Assembly (NCBI GenBank): GCA_963767115.1
Contig: CAVYCR010000007.1
Coordinates: forward strand, 21,863-85,862
Direction: 5' to 3'
Length of the DNA stretch: 64,000 bases
Source: Candidatus Kaiserbacteria bacterium
GTDB lineage: Bacteria; Patescibacteriota; Minisyncoccia; Phycocordibacterales; UBA2100
Part shown: positions 32,501 to 37,239 of the stretch, one piece after another
Layout: every line of letters begins with the position of its first letter
Position numbering within the stretch: position 1 is the stretch's first letter
Made by a program: the position numbers and the translations under genes
Notes under the pieces: generated by a model
The model's input: only the letters and a program-made list of their open reading frames with translations
Database searches by the model: none
What the model was told of the DNA's origin: nothing

Positions 32501-34046
32501 GAACACCTGTGTGGGTACACAATCCTGCTACAACGTCACTTCCGGCGCTGACAACGTACTCATTGGTTCAGCCTCGACCACCGCCAACGAAAACCTTACG
32601 ACCGGTTCAGACAACATCAAGATCGGTGACAATATTTCATTCCCGCTTGCAACCGGCAGCGGCCAGCTTGATATCGGTAACTTGATCTACGGCAGCGGCC
32701 TCGGTTCGACCGGCTCCAACATCGCAGTCGGCAAAGTCGGTATCGGCACCTCGACCCCGGGCTTTACCTTCACAGTGCAGGCCTCAACGTCGCTCGCCTC
32801 GACCCTTGGTGCTTCCGGCAACGCCATCTTCGTAGTCGCTTCCTCAACGAGTGCTACGGCTTCGACCAACGTCTTCACGGTTGCGACCTCGTCAGTGACT
32901 ATCGGCGGCGCCAACGGTACCTGCGTTATTTCCGGAAGCACGGGATGTTCTTCAGACGCGCGCCTCAAGACCAACATCACGCCGATCGCCGGCACGACAT
33001 CGCTCTCCGAGCTCGCGCTCATCAATGGTGTGACATACAACTGGGCTGATCCCACATGGGAACAAGGCCAGCAGGTCGGCGTCATTGCGCAAAACGTGCA
33101 GCAGGCATTCCCGCAGCTTGTCGGTACTGCGCCGGTTACCTTCAGAGGCCAGTCGGGCACTTACTACACGGTCAATTACGCCGGACTTACCGCGCCGTTG
33201 ATCTCAGCGGTCAACCAGATCAATGCCGTCTTCAATGCGACCAATGCCTCGACCAGCGCTTCCTCGATCCTCTCGTATTACGCGGGCTCCACCACGCCGG
33301 CACTCGTGATCGACGCAAACGGCGACCTCTCGATCGGTACCTCGACCGCTGCCACCACGACCAATCAAATGCTCTGCCTCAACGGGTCTTGTGTCTCTCA
33401 ATTCATCTTCGCAACCTCGACCGGCAGTACGACACCGAATATCGCGCCTGATTTCCTTGCCGCACTCAAGTCTGCGCTTACAAGCTGGCTTGCGGATTCT
33501 GCAAACGGCATCGGCGACCTCTTCGCCAAGGATATCTACGCGAGCAATGTGACAGCCGACACCGTGACGGCCAACAAGGAACTCTGTGTCGGCACCGTCT
33601 GTGTGACCCCCGCACAATTCCAAGCGATGGTCGCCGCCTACTCGCAGGGCGCTCCGGCGGGCCAAGCAAGCGGCAGTTCTTCCTCAGGCACGGCCTCGGG
33701 CACTTCGAGCACACCAAGTACTCCGACACCGCCTGTCATATCGATCAACGGTGCCAATCCTGCAATGCTCGACATCGGTGATACCTATAGTGATCTCGGC
33801 GCAACCATTACCGGCCCGCAAGCTGACACCAACCTTGGTATCTCCGCCTCGGTTGATGGGGGAGCGACAACGACCTTAAGCGCGATCCAGATCGACACGA
33901 CTACCGCTGGCACGCATACCATCACGTACAGCGTGACTGACCAAAACGGCCTCACCGGCACGGCATCGCGCACAGTCACGGTGATCGATCCTAGTACTTC
34001 AAGCACCGATGCTTCATCAACTGATGCGACGAGTACGAATCCCTAA
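17442..34046 (+). CDS. Giant cell-surface repeat protein, downstream ORF (continuation of 4475-17440)
   Basis: From GGA 17442 the frame continues the interrupted repeat unit (GQVVASTSIGSNYLTGVLGTING...). It stays open for 5,534 codons to TAA 34044-34046. The ORF-track start (TTG 17001) lies in P/S/T-rich out-of-frame overlap and is not credible. Confidence 0.9.
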   Translation, partial: GQVVASTSIGSNYLTGVLGTINGVSLSRGSSITVASTTLLGDSNTFSGGNIFSASTTIGSGSQTGGLTVGGGATTTGNAYFGGAVRIGVNSGGSYALGVQGTTGTQGLSIFASGLSSANRGIFTFTDSTGNLNYTSNGGTQQNLTFNPTGNVGIGTTSPFATLAISDNTANGTTTAFLISSSTASATTTLFSIANTGTITQNGIKNSLVAADGNGNLIASTTIGTNLLTGNLATINGTTIANGGTYTITAASSTLLANNNTFSGNNLFSASTTFGNLININQASTSLETVGNEYFSNLPNAVLSTNASGQVVATTSIGSNYITGVLGTINGTSFTRGGSITVSGASSTLLSDNNTFSGSNIFSQPLQLTSTTGTTSIAAGQGFTVGASQLVLQQGSGYVGIGTTTPGSLLSLNNIANFTAATSTFYSTGGINLAGGCFAINGSCLNTSGASSTLLANNNTFSGTNSFTGNTTFGAATSTSFAITSLANSLLSVNANGSIIATTSIGTNLLTGNLATVNGTAIANGGTYTITAASSTLLVNNNTFSGSNIFSQPLALSSTSGTTTIASGQGFTIGGSQFLLQQGSGFVGIGTTSPSSLFSVGGNGFIGGNLNVTGTLTAPFTQFGTGAVAEPILTTVGRVIYADQYGTHHDGVTDDTTAIQNALNAASSEGGGTVFLGPYQYLINSANLTIPSQVTLSGQAWPGVPTAANFGSKPYTLLLNPSYTIIGSSNAGLQNVLLLKSGMVAATSTRASMNLVASFAGTAITGNGNDFSVQNVTVGGFNMCFYSSGNGRMVLNQFFGDCTNGVDIDNAHDIGKLHNVEFWSFLSVGFGGAYTVAYPVSNVTTSGSNYDITIPTNVFQTGDTVWVTGVGGAVGANGKWVATVVGPNDIVLQNSAVAPSIVGTTTASSYEVSVATTTALYAGEGVSGTGIPSGDTIAQVSVPASVIWLTQAASATANGTTLSFTNGTYTSGGNVYIDTTIRNGTAYTFTHSEGAECNDCSDIGHQIGFYLGAGASGINIINGASDYDGNLNDPTAINLEVASTSTGSDWSGGWMTSKNTSIYNANASGPATTVSAVNISTVVGGTTADVESGRLIISDSQQWNSSDVLVGSSVGSLTMTGDDMVHTTMMPANSATLAGLSIGGGTQFKSTSVDQGLASLSSPLNGNTGAGSGALDLYLGTSTTGFETAFGYNALQNATSSSDDVAVGYGALTGSATISSVGSNTAIGWNTLNLNTSGHGNAALGAGALYRNTSGSFNIGIGNSALAFNTTSSANTGIGSSALWFSTGAANTAIGYQAGEGVNGSTSGSNNSFFGYNSGFGITTGIGNLFSGFNTASTTASGSYNIALGYDVGFVNPNNSNQLDIGNLIYGTGINGQGTAVSTGNIGIGTSTPGSLLSLNGIANFAVGTSTLYTGLNITSGCYAINGSCINGTGASTTLLSDNNTFSGSTIVGNGTQAGGLTVSGGATTTGTLSVGSGIFLNRASSEPFLVLQSGGTSIGQIRASSTENAVFIASATGAPHYFDVITGGGNAGNVGIGTTSPDELLSVNGNIDTSGVYMIGNQSLLSAFGSTTILGFGAGNAFQSANVGETAIGYQALATATSSFEDTAIGYQALKNEISNNNNPPGNTAIGWNALTADTYGFQNVAMGPGALARNTNGNYNIGIGQAALAFNTTSSGNTGIGSSALWFNTGANNTAIGSSAGQGVNGSSSGSNNSFFGINAGSGITTGNANLFLGSNTGSTTATGSGNVALGYDIGFVNPNNSNQLDIGNLIFGTGLSQGTTVSSGNIGIGTSTPWANLSIINSGSNPGFVVASASGASQLLVDQSGNVGIGTTSPNHLLTIWGSDSSTVLTTTSVAEMNIVNANTTANNAADIALNTIDTNGAAVTGTKLASVFTSHTANAVSADTVFLNRTAGTLSEKMRLTSGGFLGIGTSTPGSLLSLNGIANFAAGTSTLYTGLNITSGCFAVNGTCLVTNGASSTLLSDNNTFSGNENFTGNVGIGTSSPYQAFSVNGNAAFKTTAGTAYIQASGGAGAELGSTGYLTLSGGNSQGVAFDTNDTTELARFTPAGQLGIGTSTPTTVLSFAGVNGIYASTTGNSIFQGGGINLTTGAGQTGCFAINGTCIVTNGASSTLLSDNNTFSGKTTLTNATSSTFAITGLANSILSVNANGTVVATTSIGTNLLSGNLATVNGTTIANGGTYTVTAASSTLLANSNTFSGNNVFSASTTFSNLININQASTSLETVGNEYFSNLPNAVLSTNANGQVVATTSIGTNILTGVLGTINGTPLSRGGSITISTASSTLLSDNDTFSGGDFFSQPLNTSGTTGGYSIDGNLILQASSTLASTLIGQGAGASLTTSFGNVAVGYGALQFATSSPDNVAIGFDALNAFTAAVPPNPGAVGDMTAVGYRALASSTNGYINTAIGYESMYESTSTVENTCVGWTSCGDLQNQFLSTAGSYNVGVGAGALWHDTTGDNNVSVGSDNMRNTVGAQGDVAVGEGSIRNGVPNADIGIGVYALRGQGWYDGNAATSTEADDIAIGTYAMSTTSLTTAQYDTAVGHYSSQNLINGNYNVAFGAFTLQNATSSNNNVAIGYNALLGSSTVSSVGNNTAIGYNSLENDASGASNTALGYSSLASNTSGGNNVGLGYGALTANLAGNNNVAIGLNSLANDNTSGSTGIGASSLLYSTGAGNTAVGFLAGQGVNGSSSGTFNSLFGYQSGFGLTTGAANILLGTNAASTTASGSFNIALGYDVALPSQNGSNQLDIGNLIYGTGINGQGSNVSTGNIGIGTTTPGSIFAIGNVANFTTATSTFYSTGGINLAGGCFAVGGTCINTTGASTTLLSDNNTFSGKNIFAAATSSSFAITGLANSLLSVNANGSIIATTSIGTNLLTGTLGTVNGTAFSVGSSITVGGASTTLLADNNTFSGSDIFSAPLTVGNSINGLTVSGAATTTGSLSVNASISVGGATSTIGAGSIALNRSAADPFFVWSESGNTIAQIRADNVENGLYFADQTGNTHYFDVLTGGTNAGNVGIGTSTPTAPLSIGNGGISINRNNGLDPYIAFTGTSSLIGQIRANYANNEIYIASASGGVHYADFLTNGTNAGNVGIGSTTPNSLLSVGNTNGINFSTATSTFYSTGGINLTSGCFSVGGTCIGTTGASTTLLSNSNTFSGNNLFSASTTFSNLININQASTSLETIGNEYFSNLSNAVLSTNANGQVVATTSIGSNLLTGTLATINTQTITPGGTFTITAASSTLLSDNNTFSGTDVFSQPLTISNTTGTTTLASGQGFTVGSSQFVVQQGSGNVGIGTSSPSNALSIGNGGISINRNSGLDPYISFTGTSTPIGQIRANYANNEIYVASASGGIHYADFLTGGTNAGFVGIGTSTPGSLLSLNGIANFTAATSTFYSTGGINLAGGCFAVNGSCINVTGASTTLLSDNNTFSGKNTFGAATSSSFAITGLSNSILSVNANGSVVATTSIGINLLSGIIPIANGGTNQALQTSGGVNYFDGTHITSGTGLSFTGTNLGVGSTSPNHALTVVSTVNGGNAWIESSANNAGLVINNTQSGGRQFEFDSAGGSATLASSFYLNDDTGVKTPFLVNSSDDLGIGGGITSNTLTGADLTLLHSGNVGVGTSTPGSLLSLNGIANFTAATSTFYSTGGINLAAGCFAVGGICINTTGASSTLLSDNNAFSGLNTFTQPLTLSNTTGTTTIASGQGFTIGGSNFVVQQGTGFVGIGTSSPYQTLSVNGNAAFKTSAGTAFIKNNAGAAAEFGSSGYLVLSAGNTQGITFDTNDTTEFARFTPNGAFGLGTTTPYGILSIAGVAGGGVGSLPLVSISSSTAAYATSTVFTIDKNGLVGIGTSTPGSVLAINGVGNFVANSTSTIYNGINISSGCFAVGGTCLQPFSGTAASSTLLLNNNTFSGSNIFSQPLQLTSTTGTTTIASGQGFTVGGSQFVVQQGSGDVGVGTSSPFAKLSVAGNAYFGGNLTATGTLQLTGITSGLLSADSSGTVTASTSIGTSLLTGSLGTINGTGFTSGSAITITAASSTLLANSNTFSGTNIFSSLLNLNGGLASFASSTIGNGTQGGGLVVSGGATTTGNAAILGSLAVGTSTVPNGAQLFIYNTNTAGSIPAILIGGNPGGDTDFWIGRTNTNDGLNNDSLQFGQSLVPGASPILTLNYQSNVGIGSSTPFAKFSIQGNPTDPSIDTLLFQVASSTASATTSLFSISNTGLINQNLIKNSIIAADNNGNFIATTSIGTNLLAGTLATINTQAITPGGTFTITAASSTLLANNNTFSGSNIFSTPLQLTSTTGTTTIATGQGFTIGSNQFVVQQGSGMVGVGTTTDGQNPTQMGHLTIDDGNSTTENALDMIGNVNDFLESNITNNSTGANAQSGYSATANTGSLTTGFMFMGVNNSNFWNPTAYNVGGALDSTLLSDSNDLYIAQGTAGKKIHILNGGTSTSTNEALTISGLNVGISSSTPGSLLSLGGIANFTSATSTLYSSGGINITNGCFAVGGTCISAGGGSGTVSSGTQGQFAFYNANGTTVSGTSTLSLSTAGALTFTGNLVNYTSVATTTIENNTPYAWTIATSSTAAPLFNINTTSGSETVSIGVPNSDIYIGDVNSSPNLVFQNSSTIETASGGTVTLGAGSDTFNFGGSGTTTFSGNGINVTTGCVAVGGICLPTSSASSTLLANNNTFSGNDIFSTLLSLNTGYIATASSTVVGNLTTTGFVNTSGTTGGYQINGNLILQASTTNNSLLVGQSAGAGLLATALNNVAFGLNALKNATTTNGSICIGWQSCQGATSGSVLSNGNIGIGADALLSITTGGGATLNANTAVGSSSLLALTTGSANTAVGALSGTAITTGQSNALFGVSAGKVLSVANNNSFFGSSAGAGDTASNNSAFGASAMISNTTGGLNSAFGYSALFKVTTNSNDTAFGYSSLASTTGTSITGVGTNVGLNLVNVTSASTTYLGSFAGQGSAAGFGQIGTVAIGAGSGWNFASSSNWNTCVGTQSCYNVTSGADNVLIGSASTTANENLTTGSDNIKIGDNISFPLATGSGQLDIGNLIYGSGLGSTGSNIAVGKVGIGTSTPGFTFTVQASTSLASTLGASGNAIFVVASSTSATASTNVFTVATSSVTIGGANGTCVISGSTGCSSDARLKTNITPIAGTTSLSELALINGVTYNWADPTWEQGQQVGVIAQNVQQAFPQLVGTAPVTFRGQSGTYYTVNYAGLTAPLISAVNQINAVFNATNASTSASSILSYYAGSTTPALVIDANGDLSIGTSTAATTTNQMLCLNGSCVSQFIFATSTGSTTPNIAPDFLAALKSALTSWLADSANGIGDLFAKDIYASNVTADTVTANKELCVGTVCVTPAQFQAMVAAYSQGAPAGQASGSSSSGTASGTSSTPSTPTPPVISINGANPAMLDIGDTYSDLGATITGPQADTNLGISASVDGGATTTLSAIQIDTTTAGTHTITYSVTDQNGLTGTASRTVTVIDPSTSSTDASSTDATSTNP
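19350..20900 (+). other. Pectate-lyase-fold (tailspike-type right-handed beta-helix) domain inside the giant protein; boundaries approximate
   Basis: GRVIYADQYGTHHDGVTDDTTAIQNALNAASSEGGGTVFLGPYQYLINSANLTIPSQVTLSG matches the characteristic start of the Pectate_lyase_3 / glycanase beta-helix family. Non-repetitive sequence follows, with N/G/V-rich rungs (NDFSVQNVTVGGFNMCFYSSGNG..., DCTNGVDIDNAHDIG...). Confidence 0.7.
32949..33240 (+). other. Peptidase S74 / intramolecular chaperone (endosialidase-chaperone) domain of the giant protein
   Basis: SSDARLKTNITPIAGTTSLSELALINGVTYNWADPTWEQGQQVGVIAQNVQQAFPQLVGTAPVTFRGQSGTYYTVNYAGLTAPLISAVNQI follows the family pattern S-D-x-R-x-K-x-N-I...L..L.pv.Y.w.........GfIAQ.v....P.lV.......vdY..l...li.A.Q.l. 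Confidence 0.8.
33732..33989 (+). other. C-terminal bacterial Ig-like (DUF5011-type) domain of the giant protein
   Basis: PVISINGANPAMLDIGDTYSDLGATITGPQADTNLGISASVDGGATTTLSAIQIDTTTAGTHTITYSVTDQNGLTGTASRTVTVID fits the P.I.lnG.np..v..G..Y.D.GAta.D......G.ytitY.vtD..Gn.a.a.RtV.V pattern. It is preceded by an S/T/P linker. Confidence 0.65.
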
Positions 34047-34094
34047 TGAGGGGTGTATAATCTATCCCATAGAAGGTAATTCATTTTTGTTTGT

Positions 34095-35114
34095 ATGGCA
34101 CGAATAGCGATCAACGGTTTTGGGCGCATCGGGAGGGGATTTTTACGGGCAGCACACGGCCGCCCAGAGATTGAGATTGTCGCGATTAATGATCTAACGA
34201 CACCGGAGAATCTCGCGTATCTTTTGAAATACGATTCTGTGTATAAGCGAGCGCCGTTTTCAGTTGAAGCAAAAGGGAACTCACTCATCGTGGATGGTAA
34301 GGAGATTAAAATTCTTGCAGAAAAAGAGCCGACCGCACTTCCATGGAAAGAAATGAACATCGATGTCGTCGTCGAGTCAACTGGATTCTTTACTGATTTC
34401 TCGAAGGCTGGCGCACATATCACGGCGGGTGCCAAGCGCGTGGTGATCACGGCACCTTCCAAGGACGGCGACGGATCCGTCCCGGGTGCAACGATCCTTA
34501 TGGGCATCAATAACGACAAGTTTGGTACTGTTGCGGTTACCTCAAATGCCTCGTGCACGACCAATGCCGCTTCTCCGGTCATCGCAATTCTCGACGAAGC
34601 GATCGGCATTGAGAAGGCAGTGCTCTCGACGGTACACGGCTATACCGCATCCCAAGCCATCGTCGATGGTCCGTCCAAAAAGGACATGAAAGAGGGGAGA
34701 GCAGCAGCATTAAACATCGTGCCGACTTCGACCGGTGCCGCTATCGCGGTAACCAAAGCGTACCCTGCGCTTGAGGGAAAGTTCGACGGCATCTCCTTGC
34801 GTGTGCCGGTGCCCGCAGGTTCGATCGCTGATGTCACCTTCATCGCGAAGCGCCCGACGACGGTCGAAGAAGTAAACCAGGCACTCAAAACTGCTGCAGG
34901 CCAAGATCGTTGGAAGAACACCTTTACCACGACCGAAGAGGAACTCGTTTCTTCGGACATCCTCAGTGAGCCGTACGGATCCATAGCTGACCTCGGGCTC
35001 ACGCGCGTCATCGACGGCAACCTGGTGAAGGTGATGGCGTGGTACGACAATGAAATGGGGTATGTTCACACCTTGGTCGAGCACGTCGCCGAAGCTGCCA
35101 AGCATCTATCCTAA
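34095..35114 (+). CDS. gap: Type I glyceraldehyde-3-phosphate dehydrogenase
   Basis: MARIAINGFGRIGRGFLRAAHGRPEIEIVAINDL..., the active-site region SNASCTTNA, and a length of 339 aa. Confidence 0.95.
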   Translation: MARIAINGFGRIGRGFLRAAHGRPEIEIVAINDLTTPENLAYLLKYDSVYKRAPFSVEAKGNSLIVDGKEIKILAEKEPTALPWKEMNIDVVVESTGFFTDFSKAGAHITAGAKRVVITAPSKDGDGSVPGATILMGINNDKFGTVAVTSNASCTTNAASPVIAILDEAIGIEKAVLSTVHGYTASQAIVDGPSKKDMKEGRAAALNIVPTSTGAAIAVTKAYPALEGKFDGISLRVPVPAGSIADVTFIAKRPTTVEEVNQALKTAAGQDRWKNTFTTTEEELVSSDILSEPYGSIADLGLTRVIDGNLVKVMAWYDNEMGYVHTLVEHVAEAAKHLS

Positions 35115-35119
35115 ATCCG

Positions 35120-35161
35120 AAAGCCCCGGCCTTTACGAAGCTTTGTAAAGGCCGGGGCTTT
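35120..35161 (+). terminator. Hairpin downstream of gap (16-bp stem aaagccccggccttta / taaaggccggggcttt, 10-nt loop)
   Basis: Perfect inverted repeat 35120-35135 / 35146-35161, directly after the gap stop codon. There is no strong T-tract, so terminator function is uncertain. Confidence 0.45.
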
Positions 35162-35172
35162 CCAAAACCATT

Positions 35173-35640
35173 ATGAAAGTTTATTTCGCCTCGGATCACG
35201 CCGGCTTCGAACTCAAGCAAGAGCTCATGAATTTCGTCCGCGGCGAACTCAACTTCGATGTTGAGGATTGCGGCGCCTTTACGGAAAATCCCGACGATGA
35301 TTATCCGCCAATCATCGCCGCATGCATGCGCGCGCTTCGTGCCGACCTCATCGCCGGCAGAAAAAGCTTCGGGATCATTATCGGCGGCTCAGGGCAAGGC
35401 GAAGCGATCGTTGCCAACCGCTTTCCCTTGGTGCGCGCAGCCGTCTACTACGGCGGACCCATTGAAATAATTAAACTCTCGCGTGAGCATAACGATGCCA
35501 ATGTGCTCTCGCTCGGCGCGCGCTTTATCACTACCGATGAGGCAAAAGAAGCGGTGCGTACGTGGCTCATGACGAGTCCGAGTACCGAGCCGCGGCATGC
35601 GCGTCGCGTCGCGCAGATCGAAGAGGCCAGGAGACCATAA
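35173..35640 (+). CDS. rpiB: Ribose-5-phosphate isomerase B (RpiB/LacA/LacB family)
   Basis: MKVYFASDHAGFELKQELMNFV...GIIIGGSGQGEAIVANRFPLVRAA...SREHNDANVLSLGARF is a typical RpiB sequence. Confidence 0.9.
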   Translation: MKVYFASDHAGFELKQELMNFVRGELNFDVEDCGAFTENPDDDYPPIIAACMRALRADLIAGRKSFGIIIGGSGQGEAIVANRFPLVRAAVYYGGPIEIIKLSREHNDANVLSLGARFITTDEAKEAVRTWLMTSPSTEPRHARRVAQIEEARRP

Positions 35641-35647
35641 TAGATCT

Positions 35648-36334
35648 ATGAACGAAATCGAAATTACGCCTACCTGTGTCCCGGAGCATGCAGGAGACGT
35701 CTTACAATACGGCGGCAAGGCAGGGGAGATGGGAAGCGCAATTCATCTCGACATCGATGACGGGATTTTCACACCGGAATATTCGTGGCCATATATACAG
35801 AACGTAGAGAAAGAAGTGAGAGCAGGGGAGATTGACGTCAATATGTTTCGTGGCATCAAATTTGACGTGCATCTGATGGTCTCGGATTGCCGAGCAGTCG
35901 GCGAGAACTTCATACATGCAGGCGCACGTTCGATCATCGCACATGTCGAGTCAAACGATATGAATACTGAGACACTCGATGTGTGGCGTGCGCTTGGTGT
36001 GAAAGAAATTGGTCTCGCACTCCTTATCGATACTCCGCTCGCCAACCTCAATCCCCTGCTTCCCCTCTGTAATTTTATTCACGTGATGTCTGTCGCGATC
36101 ATCGGCGCACAAGGCGCACCTTTCGACGACCGCTCGCTTGAGCGCATTCGAGTGCTTCACGAAAACCATCCCGACTTCCCCATCCAGGTTGACGGCGGCG
36201 TCTCACGAGAAAACATCGCAGAGCTCGTCGAGGCGGGTGCGCGGCGTTTTGCGGTCGGGTCGGCGATCACGACTGCCTCTAGTCCCGCACAGGCGTACGC
36301 AGAACTCGTATCGCTCGCGCAAGCCGCGCTATAA
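35648..36334 (+). CDS. rpe: Ribulose-phosphate 3-epimerase
   Basis: IHLDIDDGIFTPEYSWPY...DVHLMV...IIAHVES...HVMSV...GAQGAPFD...IQVDGGV matches the Rpe barrel motifs. I chose ATG 35648; the ORF-track start 35597 overlaps rpiB. CATAAT lies 6 nt upstream. Confidence 0.85.
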   Translation: MNEIEITPTCVPEHAGDVLQYGGKAGEMGSAIHLDIDDGIFTPEYSWPYIQNVEKEVRAGEIDVNMFRGIKFDVHLMVSDCRAVGENFIHAGARSIIAHVESNDMNTETLDVWRALGVKEIGLALLIDTPLANLNPLLPLCNFIHVMSVAIIGAQGAPFDDRSLERIRVLHENHPDFPIQVDGGVSRENIAELVEAGARRFAVGSAITTASSPAQAYAELVSLAQAAL

Positions 36335-36341
36335 TAGAGTG

Positions 36342-37202
36342 ATGGAACCTTTGACCGACGAAGAGATTCGCGAGCTCAATCGGCATGCAAGCGACATTCG
36401 ACAGACCATCATCGAAATGCTCGTCGCTGCGGGCTCGGGTCACACCGCAGGACCTCTCGGTATGGCAGACATTTTTACCGCACTCTATTTCAGGGTTCTC
36501 AATCATGATCCCAAAAATCCCGATTGGGCCGAGCGTGATCGCTTGATCCTCTCCAATGGACACATTGTGCCGGTGCGTTACGCTGCGATGGCACATGCCG
36601 GTTATTTCCCTGTGGAAGAATGCCTAAGCTTACGCAAATTTGGCTCGCGTCTACAAGGTCATCCGGAGCGCCTGCGATTGCCAGGACTCGAGACTACTTC
36701 CGGCCCGCTCGGCTCGGGGCTCTCCCAGGCGGCGGGTATGGCGTATGCGTCCCGCATGAATAACGAGAAAAATCATATCTATTGCGCGATGAGCGACGGC
36801 GAACACGATGCGGGCAACATCTGGGAAGCCGCGATGTGGGCCGGCAAATACAAACTATCGAACCTTACCGGAATCATCGACCGCAACAACATTCAAATTG
36901 ATGGATACACCGAGTCGATCATGCCGCTCGAGCCCTTTGCTGATAAGTATCGCGCCTTCGGCTGGCACGTGCTTGAAGTGGACGGTCACAATATCGCGCA
37001 GTTTGTCGCCGCATGCGATGAAGCTAAAGCCATCTATGAAAAGCCGACTGTCATCATCGCGCACACGATCCCCGGCAAGGGTATCCGCGAAATCGAGCGC
37101 GATTATCGCTGGCATGGCAAGCCGCCGAGCGCGGAAGAAGGCAAGATTTTCCTCAACGAACTGCGCACGATGGAAGGAAAGATAAGCAGCGAACATCAAT
37201 AA
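36342..37202 (+). CDS. Transketolase, N-terminal (TPP-binding) subunit
   Basis: MEPLTDEEIRELNRHASDIRQTIIEMLVAAGSGHTAGPLGMADIFTALYF...SNGH...GPLGSGLSQAAGMA...DGE..AGNIWEAAMWA. I chose ATG 36342; the ORF-track start 36138 lies inside rpe. TATAAT lies 6 nt upstream. Confidence 0.9.
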   Translation: MEPLTDEEIRELNRHASDIRQTIIEMLVAAGSGHTAGPLGMADIFTALYFRVLNHDPKNPDWAERDRLILSNGHIVPVRYAAMAHAGYFPVEECLSLRKFGSRLQGHPERLRLPGLETTSGPLGSGLSQAAGMAYASRMNNEKNHIYCAMSDGEHDAGNIWEAAMWAGKYKLSNLTGIIDRNNIQIDGYTESIMPLEPFADKYRAFGWHVLEVDGHNIAQFVAACDEAKAIYEKPTVIIAHTIPGKGIREIERDYRWHGKPPSAEEGKIFLNELRTMEGKISSEHQ

Positions 37203-37239
37203 CAATTATGAAGATTCTGTAGCAAGTTTAACTTATCAC

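Noticed and set aside
5071-33729. Dozens of 60-255-aa ORFs on the minus strand and in the alternative plus frames inside the giant gene. Examples are 7798-8472 (-), 14680-15426 (-), 10215-10982 (+), 12021-12992 (+) and 19140-19763 (-).
   Set aside because: Their translations are low-complexity P/V/E/R- or P/S/T/R-rich strings that mirror the repeat periodicity of the sense frame. They are shadow ORFs produced by the biased codon composition (few TTA/CTA/TCA codons), and none has its own start signals.
34043-35105. Minus-strand ORFs 34043-34609, 34640-35050 and 34710-35105.
   Set aside because: They are antisense to gap, which is unambiguous.
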